Source: Nemertoderma westbladi (taxonomy: Eukaryota > Animalia > Xenacoelomorpha). From it: 37,687 nt of DNA. Location: positions 1-37,687 of the forward strand of contig JAUCBJ010000849.1 of assembly GCA_032718475.1 (NCBI GenBank). Direction: 5' to 3'. The position numbers and the translations under genes were made by a program. Of this stretch, positions 1 through 10,241 are shown one piece after another (position 1 is the stretch's first letter; every line of letters starts with the position of its first letter). The notes under the pieces are model-generated. The model was not told the origin of the DNA and did no database searches. It saw only the letters and a program-made list of their open reading frames with translations.

Positions 1-61
1 ATTATCTAGAAGACATCCTAATTTGGCGGGTTAAACTGCCAAAGGTCTGAAAGCGCGAACA

Positions 62-170
62 TTGGTAATGGATCCATTAGTTTATCCTTTCTATGTCTTT
101 CCATGTGACGAGATAGATTGTCTTGTCTCATTTCTTTATTACAAACCAAACATCTTTCATAACTAGGCAT
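62..170 (-). pseudogene. Truncated 5' copy of the C2H2 zinc-finger/acidic ORF (35085..36053)
   Basis: Reverse complement of 62-170 encodes MPSYERCLVCNKEMRQDNLSRHMERHRKDKLMDPLP, then similarity stops at unrelated sequence (1-61). Confidence 0.85.
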
Positions 171-1541
171 TATATAGCAATGTCAATTGATATTATGAAT
201 TTTCGCTGAATGATTTTACAAAATTTTAAAGAAATAAAACTTTTATGAAAATAAATAAAACTTTTAAAAATAAAATTAGAGAATGAATGGGAATGCGGTG
301 AATGGGGGCTATTATAGAGGGAGGCTAGAATGGAGTTGTGAAAGAAGAATAATCTATTCATCAAAACCAGATGTTTATTATAATTTTCTTAGGCTGTTTG
401 ACATGCAGTATAACTCAATATAGGATTCAATGGGATTAGTCATGCTACGTCTAATAAGAGCCCAAACGGCCACAGATTATTGAGGGATTGAACCAGGGCC
501 AAACTGGCCCATTTTATTTTCTTGAAAGGGTAATTTATGTTTTGGGCCCCGATCGCGTCTTTATATTTCATTCTACCTTTACCTATTGTACGGCAAAAAT
601 AATACAAATGTACTGTATATTGTATTGCATAGTGCCTACAGTATTGTATATTTCATTTGCTGTAGTACAATTTATTCATCTCGCGTCCCTATATGATTGA
701 CTTGTATCAAATTAAATTGCCTTTGGCAACATTATTTGATACAAATAGATTGATTAAACAATTAATTAATTGTTTAATCGACCAATTAATTAATTGTTTA
801 ATTAATTAATGACCTACTTAACACCTAAGGTGTGAAGTTGGTCCAATTGTCGCCAAGAGTGGCATACTCTTACTACAGTACTGACCTCAATGGTTTTCTC
901 GACCCAAAATGATACTCAACTCACAGACACGATATCTTATTTTACTGCTAATGTAACATATAATGAATTCACTATCTGGTAATTCAGTGACGTAATGCAG
1001 TGACCTTCCTTCAGAAATTTGAATCAGGTTATATTGGCAACTACACTATAGATATTCAAGAACTATAATAATTTATTTCCTTCACTTTATATGCTAAAAT
1101 GGTTAGGTGGACATGATATATTGAAATAGTGCGGTAATTACTGAGTTAACCAAACACTATTATCCTATCTATTGAACTCGAATGAATAACTTCCCACTAA
1201 TTTATGGAGCGATTAATAAAGTCGATCAATAATATCTTATATCTATTGGACAATTATAAAAATTATTTTGGACCTCTAGATGGCGCTGCGAATTTTTCGA
1301 AATTTGTTGGCTAATGTTATAATTAATTGTTGGCATTATTACTAATATTTCAAATGGTTGTCTTATTCTGTTGATAATAGTAACCATGCGCAGAAAGTGT
1401 AGTTAATTTCATAATAATTATTTATTACATGGGAAAAGTAGAACTTTTATTCATTGTTCTCGAGACATTTTATTTACCGAGCGCCAGCGAAGTTAATAAA
1501 GTGTCGAGAGAATATTGAAAAATAGATGTTCTACGTTTATT
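62..1541. repeat. Left arm of ~1.48 kb inverted duplication (partner 33720-35193)
   Basis: Reverse complement matches 33720-35193 almost throughout; ORF track gives an identical 70-aa ORF at 488..700(+) and 34561..34773(-). Confidence 0.95.
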
Positions 1542-1552
1542 CCCATGTAATA
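1423..1552. repeat. ~130-bp imperfect hairpin (also ~11413-11540; partial inverted copy from 33720)
   Basis: tattacatgggaa...ttcccatgtaata outer stem with gtagaac/gttctac and gacattttatt/aataaagtgtc inner stems. Confidence 0.8.
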
Positions 1553-1770
1553 CGTAATTTTGTTCTTAAATTGGTACGTTTTTTAAAGATAGTGTTACAA
1601 AATAAATAGAACTGTGGTATTTTACTACATTATGCTTCCATATAGTTACTGCGATTCCAATTATTGTACTCTGCAACTCCTGATGCTGCCTTACTTAATG
1701 TTAAATAAATTATCTATGAAACTGTATATGGTTTGTAAATATGCCACCCGGGTGTAGCTGAGAATTTCCA

Positions 1771-2302
1771 CCCCCATAAAAATTCACCCCCCGGTTAAAA
1801 TTTATTAGTGTATTTTCAACCCCCGGTTAAAATTCACAAGTGTATTTTCACCCCCGGTTAGAATTCACTATGGTATTTTAAACGGGGGTGAAATTACACT
1901 GGGTGATTTTTCATTTTTTATCATTATCCCCCTTCGCCCTCAGCGTATTATTTTTCTTACCCCCCATGATATTTTAAAGTTCAATATAAAAGCCTACAGT
2001 TAAGCGAACAGACGACAACACACACACATACCTCTAGTACACAGACAAACACACGCTGGAGATTTGTATATAGTAAAGTACTGTAGAATATACAAAAAAA
2101 AATATACACTGGGAGTGAGAATACACTAGGGGAATTTAACAGCCGGATATGGATTTGCACAGAGTGAAAATTGATAAATGCAGGGGTGAATTTTCACTGG
2201 AGGCGGTGTGGGTTAAAATACACTAGGAAAAATACACCCCGGGAGTGAGACATTAGTGAATTTTAACCGGGGGGGGGGGGGGGGGGGGGGGATTTTGTAT
2301 GG
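1771..2302. mobile_element. MITE-like foldback element upstream of TRIM copy A (split in copy B into ~16055-16250 and ~20761-21018)
   Basis: Repeated ccccggttaaaatt at the left; inverted aattttaaccgggg...gattttgtatgg at the right; no coding capacity; no TSD identified. Confidence 0.6.
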
Positions 2303-2487
2303 AATGGGAAGTAAAACCTGCCTCTGATGGTTTTTTAAGCTTATGAATTACTACAGCTGAACGCACTGGACTAGAGGATTACTGCATTAGCAGATTAGAG
2401 TAGGCTACTGAACTGAACCACAACTATTGAACTACTGGTACAAAACAGCCAGGCCAGACTACTGGACTACAATCAGACAATGCAGCA

Positions 2488-4512
2488 ATGGACCCGGAGC
2501 AAGTAGAGCGAGAGTTCGAATGTTCCGTATGTCTACGACTTTTACATCAGCCACGAGTTTTAATCAACTGCTCCCACTGTTTCTGTTACAAATGCATCAT
2601 CAAATTTTCTATACAACGCGGTGATGGATTTTCGTTGGAATGTCCTCGTTGTCGGAATCCCACCGAGGTAGAGAAACTGGATTCTTTGCCGACTGTAAGT
2701 CATATCATTACCTCTATGATTGATATGATTCGAAAAGAAAAAACATGCGACGAGTGCGGAAAAAACAAAGGAACGAATCCCTGCGAACGTTGCGACACCG
2801 AATTGTGCAGAAAGTGCGAACTTTACCACTTCTGCGTCGCCAATCCACCAAATTCGGGAGCAGCTGGAGAACCGACGGGATGTTGGTCTAATGACGTAGA
2901 TCTCGATAAAAGAGGAGCCGTTGGTGGATCTAAAGAACCGGATCCCGATCTGTGCCTAATGCACGGTCTAAACAAACGCCATTATTGCGAGAAATGCGAA
3001 TGTACTGTTTGTCGCCAATGTCATTCCGTTGACGATGTTTCTAAAGATCACGAGGTCGGGTATTCGAACAAAGTCTGTAATTCAATCAGACGAAGCTTAG
3101 TAGAAGGTCCGGGAAAGTTAAGAACACGATTGGAGACTAAACTAACAGTGTTGGAAGGAATTCTGGGGGATTTAGATGACGTCACTAAAGTTTCATCCGA
3201 CGACATCCGCAAACACTTCCAATATTTATACAACGAATTAAAAGCAGCCGAAGATACAATGATGAAGCAGGTCCGGGATTTAAATACCAAAACGGCGGGA
3301 AAAATATCAGCAGCGCAGGAAATTCTCGCTAATATCGAAATTCCTGAAGAAAACGAATATTATAAGAAGATAAAGAATTCCGAGTTGATCAAGGAAATAG
3401 CGGAAGCCAAGAAGATCCTAAAGAAATACAAAGAAATCGAGCAGCGGATTTCTGAGATCGAAGTTGTAGAGGTACCGGAAATTCGTTTCGTTCCGGTCGA
3501 GTTACAGAAGGGCCTGGAAGGGATTACCGGCCGCGTTGATATTATAGATAGCGGCGATGGAGGAGAGAAGATGGCGGTTCCAGTAGAAGAACTGGAGGTT
3601 GAGAAACGTTTTGACCTCCGCCAATACGAAGATATTTTATTAAGAGATCCGCCGCTAAAGGAAACATGTCGGATCGACTGTCGGAGAATGGGAATCGGTA
3701 AAGTCGGTTCCATTGGTGGTCGTCATGGGAACCTGGGGATAACCGATTCCCTAACTAACAGGATTTGTATTTACGAATTCAACGACGACGATTCTTTATC
3801 TTTACGTGGTGAACCTATTATTATAGAACGCGACTGCAACGCCGAAAAGAAACAGATTAAGTTTCTAGATAATTACTACAAGGAAACCTGGATCGCCGCA
3901 ACGGAAGAATGTGTATTTGTAATAAACCCAGACGGAGGTGATGTCAAACATTTGTGTCTTGGTAAAGAGAGATACCGCGGTCAACCAATAGGCCCAATGG
4001 TCGGTATCCATCGTGATTATCTGCTAACGTCAAACAACTGCGTGATTAAACTGGACCGACGCGATTGTTCTAAGGAATGGATATCCCGTATCGAAGAACC
4101 CGGGAAACTCCTTTCCACTACCAGCTCTAGTTTAATGGGCTCTTTAAACGTCGGATTATTCCAACCTAACGAACATAAGTTATCCATATGTGGCTATAAG
4201 GTTACCGGCACCGGACCCAACGTTACTCTCGTATTAAATAGAAGGAAATCCGTTCTTGATTGCGGTAAATCCATCCCTATTGGTGGGATGGAACTACTGC
4301 GGTATCGATCATTGTATTACTTAGTTCCTCTAGAAGAAGAAGGGAATTATTATCTGGGGGTTTATAAAGGCGATACAAACGGAAATGACGTATCCCGATT
4401 GGCTGCCGTGCCGGTAAACGGGTTTGGTGGGATCGCTACTGTCTATAAAACTCAAGGATTATTTCTGTACGAAACTCGTAGTAACAGTTTACTTTATATT
4501 AAATCTAACTGA
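2488..4512 (+). CDS. TRIM-family E3 ubiquitin ligase-like protein, copy A (674 aa; RING, B-box1, B-box2, coiled coil, probable NHL-like beta-propeller)
   Basis: C3HC4 RING (CSVC..CSHCFCYKC..CPRC), B-box1 (CDEC..CERCDTELCRKCELYH), B-box2 (CLMH..CEKCECTVCRQCH..H), helical charged region, beta-rich C-terminus; uninterrupted ORF with an intact paralog. Confidence 0.92.
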   Translation: MDPEQVEREFECSVCLRLLHQPRVLINCSHCFCYKCIIKFSIQRGDGFSLECPRCRNPTEVEKLDSLPTVSHIITSMIDMIRKEKTCDECGKNKGTNPCERCDTELCRKCELYHFCVANPPNSGAAGEPTGCWSNDVDLDKRGAVGGSKEPDPDLCLMHGLNKRHYCEKCECTVCRQCHSVDDVSKDHEVGYSNKVCNSIRRSLVEGPGKLRTRLETKLTVLEGILGDLDDVTKVSSDDIRKHFQYLYNELKAAEDTMMKQVRDLNTKTAGKISAAQEILANIEIPEENEYYKKIKNSELIKEIAEAKKILKKYKEIEQRISEIEVVEVPEIRFVPVELQKGLEGITGRVDIIDSGDGGEKMAVPVEELEVEKRFDLRQYEDILLRDPPLKETCRIDCRRMGIGKVGSIGGRHGNLGITDSLTNRICIYEFNDDDSLSLRGEPIIIERDCNAEKKQIKFLDNYYKETWIAATEECVFVINPDGGDVKHLCLGKERYRGQPIGPMVGIHRDYLLTSNNCVIKLDRRDCSKEWISRIEEPGKLLSTTSSSLMGSLNVGLFQPNEHKLSICGYKVTGTGPNVTLVLNRRKSVLDCGKSIPIGGMELLRYRSLYYLVPLEEEGNYYLGVYKGDTNGNDVSRLAAVPVNGFGGIATVYKTQGLFLYETRSNSLLYIKSN

Positions 4513-5156
4513 ATCAGCTACACCTATCGATAAATTGAGTTTTAACTCGCTAACTATATATAACTGTTTACTTAACTCTTTCTTTCATTTAATACAGGCT
4601 CCAGTCTATGGCCCCGTATTTTATATATGACTGAGCTACCCCACATAGATATTTAGTAAAGATATGCGAAATTATAAAAAATTGTCACCAAACCGGTTCC
4701 GCTGGTTTTTTAGAGGGTCTTAAACATAGCAACGGAGGAAATCCCCATAGCAACAGCTCTTATAGTAGATATGATGAGTTACAATTTATGGAAGATTATT
4801 ATTTTGGATACGAAGAATTTAAGGGCATATTTCGTTTTTTTGAAAATCCCATAGCAACCAAGTGAAAACGACCTTCAATATTAGCTTTATTGATAATGTC
4901 CTTAGCAACGGACTAACGTAATTTCGGTGTTTTTAACATTATGATTCCGACATTTCGTAACAGAATAATTTTATAGTTGTGACATTTTTTATTGAAATTT
5001 TTTATTAAATTATGAAAATATAATAATGTGACATTCATTAATTTCGCGATTTATGCGAGTGACATGCTATTTATAAGTAATATAAATGGTTATAAATAAA
5101 TTATTTATTACATAATAAATACGCTTTTGGCCGCTTTCGTTCATATTATTTTTAAT

Positions 5157-5465
5157 ATTTATCAACTCCAATCGATAGATTAGGTGTTTACGCAACTAAA
5201 TATGTATCATTTATAACATTTATCAACTCCAATCGATAGATTAGGTGTTTACGCAACTAAATATGTATCATTTATAACATTTATCAACTCAAATCGATAG
5301 ATTAGGTGTTTACGTAACTAAATATGTATCATTTATAACATTTATCAACTCCAATCGATAGATTAGGTGTTTACGCAACTAAATATGTATCATTTATAAC
5401 ATTTATCAACTCCAATCGATAGATTATGTGTTTACGCAACTAAATATGTATCATTTATAACATTT
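5157..5465. repeat. 61-bp minisatellite, 5 copies
   Basis: Unit atttatcaactccaatcgatagattaggtgtttacgcaactaaatatgtatcatttataac, contiguous with no spacers. Confidence 0.95.
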
Positions 5466-6630
5466 CATGTCGATGACTCAGTTTTATTCAGGTTTTAATG
5501 GAAATATTCTGGGGTCACGCCAATTCACACAGAAACACGATCTCCTTAAAATGTGACTTCCCGTAGGTTTCATCAAGAGTTCTTTGCGTATAAAGATAGA
5601 TAATACTCTTAGCTTTCGAATGCACTAAATATCTCAGAATTTCATTAACATGGACTCGAGTTATTAAGGATTTCCTGAAAAAATTACACATTTTAACTAA
5701 TTTTCATAATATTTGAGTATTACAGTATAATTTTGCATTGTATATCTCTGTTGCCATGGCAACTGCTGTATGAATTGAATAGAAGCACTTCTAACTCAAT
5801 AGGTATTCCTCACCGCGGTTGTAAATTGTTGTGTTTCCACAGTAAATAGACCGTTTTAGACGCGGTAAAAATTGTCTAGGGTCCCAAAGTAAGTGTGACA
5901 TGTTGCCAATGGCAACGCCTCAAGCTAATTTAGCAAGGTTTCTATAAAATTATTACAAAATATTTGTTAAAACAAATATAACTTGCATCCAAAATGTCAA
6001 TGCGTTGCCTCATTGTATGTCGGTTGAAAGATTACAGTATGTCTGGGTAGTTGGTAGACATACATGTGTGAAGTTGGTAAGACTATGCAGTCCGTATCCA
6101 TGGCAACAGATGTGTATTCCTGTACATACAGTGGCAACGGAAGAAGGGTTGGTTGGTTTTCGTTTAAAACATGTACATAGACCTGCATTGATTATTATAA
6201 TTATGTGATATACTCAGGGACCACACCTTAGCAACAGGGGGTCTTTACCATAGCAACAAGTTATACTCCATAGCAACCATCACGCAGTTACTGAAATCAG
6301 TAGAAAATGTTTGTCATACTTACTAGGCAATATAGGTGATAGACTGACAATAAGTTGGCAATATTCAGTAGTCATTTTCCACATAGCACCAATTTTATTG
6401 CACAGCAACGGATGAACGATTAGTTGGTTATTGGTGAAAATTTGAATGTGGACCTTTTTTTGATTACACATTATATATTTGACGACCACACACCGTAACA
6501 ACAGGGGTTTGTTTCCATAGCAATTAGGTATCATCCATCCATAGTAACGAGAAAGCAGTTGGCTGATATTAGTTGAAAAAGTGTTAGTTCTGTTGTTGAA
6601 ACAATGTTTATTTGCAAAATATTTTGATGG

Positions 6631-7330
6631 TGTGGCGGTGCCACTTACAAACTATGCGTAGCTGCGTAGGGCATTTACAGACTCAGACAGAGTGACTTGA
6701 GATATACTGCTTACCGGTATCGCTCTGCTAAGGTTTTGAATATACGTATACAGATGTTGTCTGGATACAGCAGTACAGCACAGTTAGCTGGATAGTCAGA
6801 CAGTGACTTTTGCATACTGCCACATTGCATGGTGACCTTACTGCTCATCACGATTTGTTGAGCCGAACTGAAACTCGCACCCCACCCCAGCGCCTTCACC
6901 GTGGCTGAGGCAAATGCCGTTGCCTTGAAACTGTCCGCCTTCTGGACTAACCAGCCCGAGGTCTGGTTCGCACAGGCCGAGGCACAGTTCGCCACCCGGG
7001 GCGTCACAGCCGAAGCCACGAAGTACTACTACTGGTAGGGGCCCTCGACCAAGACACCGCCAGCCGCCTCCTCCAGCTGATCCAAGACGCCCCTGCTGTC
7101 AACCAGTACCCAGTACGCCCAGATCAAGGCCAAACTCCTCAAGGTATTCGGACTCTCCCGCCGCGACCGCGCCGTGCGGCTCTGGGACTTGAATGGCCTC
7201 GGTGACGACCGCCACTGCCTGCTGTTCGAGGAGGCGTTCCTCCGCCAGATGCCCGACGCCATCCGCCTCCAACTCGCCGAGGAGGACTTCCGCGACCTCG
7301 ACCGCGTCGCGGACCGGGCCGACGCGCTTT
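6631..7330 (+). mobile_element. gag: Truncated Ty3/Gypsy element (CsRn1-like): 5' LTR 6631-6824, partial tRNA-Trp-type PBS 6830-6837, decayed gag from 6901
   Basis: LTR ends TGTGGCGGT...ACTGCCACA (inverted, TG..CA), TGGTGACC follows; gag N-terminus AVALKLSAFWTNQPEVWFAQAEAQF..TKYYY; frameshift and stops at 7036/7078. Confidence 0.8.
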
Positions 7331-9324
7331 GGTTAAACAAAGAGGTCGATAAACAGAAGTCAAAGAACAATGAATTACGGGAGAAGAACTGGAAGATGAT
7401 GGAGCAGTTGAATCAACTAGAAGCAGCTCGGAAGGATGGTGACGTTAAGGTATCGCCATTATTTTATGTTCCCTTTCCCAGTATAACAAATGGATTTAAG
7501 TTGATTTTTTATTTTACTTAATTTAATTACGTAATCAATAAATGGGTGGTTGTCCGGCATAGTTATGTGATTTTTCCGGAAATATGTTTTTTCAATTTCC
7601 TGAAATTTCCGGATAAGTATACTTCACCCGTGTAGTAAAGACCACAAGGAGCCAAAACAACGAACCGCCTCAACACAACGAGGATGGAATCACTTCTTTC
7701 TAGTGTTATTTACTCTACTTGTGTTTTCCTATTTGTTTTTAGAATGATTGTGTATAAACTGGCCAAATTGTAGGTAAAATCGTAAAAGATTTAAAATTGA
7801 AAATGTATTAATTTCCGAAATTGCGTTAAATATAAAATATATAACAATGAAATGCCAAAACACAAAGTCACAATCACAATTTTAGTTCAAATATTATTAT
7901 TACATTTTATGCAATTAATAAGAAGTTATTCTGTAAATATTTCCTATTAAAAGTAAATTTTATAATACTGTACATTATTAATAAAATAGGAAATTTCCGG
8001 AAAAATGTCTCGGAAAGTTTCTTTATTTTCCTTACATTTCCCAAGTCCTTCAATATGCAGACACCGCACAGCACGAACGACGACCTCCATGGAGACAGTG
8101 TTGGACTAGAGGAGAGCGACCTGCCTCCTTCGGTGACCGCCGCCCAAAACAACACGAAGCCCTTCTCAATATATATTATTTATTCAGCCACCCGTTCTAT
8201 ATGTTATATGTCCCTTTTATTCTCAATTGTTTTTAACTCGCTATATTTCCAATACAGGTTGCCGAGGAAGCCCAAAGACGGGCTTTACATGACCAGTACT
8301 CCGTGTTCCAGAAACTATTTCCTGATGTTGATATTCCCGAGAATATTGACCAATGGGACGCCGAGTATGAGGACAAAGTAACCAATTATCTGGAATCCAG
8401 ATTTCTGGATCTGGAAACTCAGATTACCGAGTAAGTGAATGTTAACTTACCCAATCTGGACTCCCGCCTTGTCTCACAAATCTGTACAACTGTTGTGAGT
8501 GAGTGACTTTGGTCCAATGTATAATGTGTGATTTTTTTTCCAATGGTTTGAGTTGATTGCGAACTTTTGGTTTTTTTGTTGTTGTGGTATTTAACAAATT
8601 TGACAATGAAATTTAAACTCTGATGGGTTGCGACCTCTGCTGTTATATTTAACTTTGCAGTTCGCTCCCATATGAAGAATTCCAGGTCTTCCCTAAAAAT
8701 CCTGGTTCCAGAATGGCTGAATCTAACCAAAACAATAAACGAATTAGAATCTGAATCAACTCGTTGTTGATACTCACTTTCCTCTTTTCGTTCCCGAAGT
8801 AAATCTATTCGCATTACAATCATAAAGTTCACATCTAATAATACATTTTTAATTTATTATAAATAATTATAAATTATTATTTTTGTTCATATTTCAATGT
8901 TTCTCACTTATTTTTAATTGTTGATTACAGTTTGCACTCTCGTCTAGCTTCCGCTGAATCCGAGAACAGTAGTCTACAGACCAAATGCGATCAGTTTAAG
9001 TTGGGTCTCGATCAAACTGAAACAATCCTACACGAGCTGGAACCGTCAGTTGATACCGAGCACACCAAATGGAAGGAGGGCATGGACGACTCGGCCATCG
9101 AGTTGGAAGGGACGCGAGCGGAGTTGGAGGCGATAAAAGAGGAGATGGTTGAACTGAGAACGGAGCGGGATATCGCGTTACAGTCTGAACGCCAAGTCGC
9201 CACGCAGTTGAAGGCCCAACTGGCTTCCCCCCACTCGCCCCTAAGGACTTCGAGCGTTTCAGCCGACCAATTAAACGGCTCCGCTGAGGCTATGCTTAAC
9301 GGTGACTCCCAACAGAACAGCTAG
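7330..9324 (+). pseudogene. 3' part of kinectin/ribosome-binding protein 1 (KTN1/RRBP1)-like gene, copy A; exons ~7330-7449, 8258-8430, 8931-9324
   Basis: KNNELREKNWKMME, FQKLFPDVDIP..W, LQTKCDQFK.GLDQTETILHELE.SVDTEHTKWK resemble successive kinectin/RRBP1 C-terminal motifs; GT-AG introns with compatible phases (0, 2); spliced frame open to TAG 9324; AATAAA at 9805. 5' exons absent. Confidence 0.8.
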
Positions 9325-10169
9325 CTATTGGCCGAATCGTAAGGCTGTTTTATTCCTACCGGTTAACCAATCAATCGCGCGTCGATGGTTGTGCTGGTAG
9401 GGTCAACTCAATGTGCTTTATTTATTTGTAGAGGAGGGCGGGTTATTGGAACATTAAGGTGACGAATAGACTGGCGGTTGTCATGGAAACGTTGCTCTAC
9501 GGAGGTTTCAATGGTGGTGGTGGTGGGTGTAAACAATCGTCACATATATTTAACCTTATAGTAAAAGTATTACCACTCAGTTGTATTTCAATTAAATTAG
9601 CCAATGGGTTCTTTTTATTTTTGTGTGCGGTTTGTTTATATTTATCAGAATTAGTTTATCACACTGTCAATAATAACGCATTACTTTAATATCTATCTAA
9701 TTAATTATTAAATTAGAAATTATTTTTCCCTCTTGTTCGAGATTTTTCCCGATAAAATAATTGGTTGTTTTTGGTTAATTTTATCCAATTCAACCATGAT
9801 GTCTAATAAATTGAATTGTCTAAGTTCTATTGTTTATTTCCCTCAACTCGCTTTATTGTCTATCTACCTCGTTCTATTATTTTCCTCAGATGTTTTTAAT
9901 GATTAAAAAATTAATTGATAACCTCACAATCATAGTTGATGACTTTAGATAACCTTAACAGAGCACTTAATTGATTTCTTTTGACACTCTGTAGCTCTTT
10001 GTTAATATTGACATAGCGAGCATGGTGTTCTGTGGTTAGAAAACTTATTTGCATTATTTTGTAAACAATAAACATAATGTTTAAAAAAATCAGTAATAAT
10101 TTTGGAACTGAAGGGCGTGTCCCACCGCCATTATTATAACTTTTGTTGGGCACAGCTTTGCAAAGTCGG

Positions 10170-10241
10170 CGATCCAGGTAGGATCGAACTGGTGACCTCT
10201 GGGTTGAAAGTCTGACGCTCTAACCATTCAGCTAGCGGCTC
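10170..10241 (-). mobile_element. tRNA-derived SINE head / tRNA pseudogene (copy A)
   Basis: Minus strand has A-box TAGCTGAATGG, B-box GTTCGATCC and a CT-TTC-AA loop, but the acceptor stem does not pair. Confidence 0.65.

Noticed and set aside
2267-2291. Poly-G/poly-C runs (also ~20989-21007, ~18140-18171) as functional G4 elements
   Set aside because: Homopolymer expansions within TE ends; lengths are unreliable in assemblies.
2560-3713. Antisense ORFs within TRIM, conserved in both copies
   Set aside because: Conservation follows from recent duplication and sense-strand constraint.
8055-8381. 108-aa ORF (and 30776..31102) as a gene
   Set aside because: Spans intron and reads the kinectin-like exon out of frame.
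10170-10241. Functional tRNA-Glu(TTC) gene (also 32985-33056)
   Set aside because: Acceptor stem does not pair; anticodon and T stems have mismatches.
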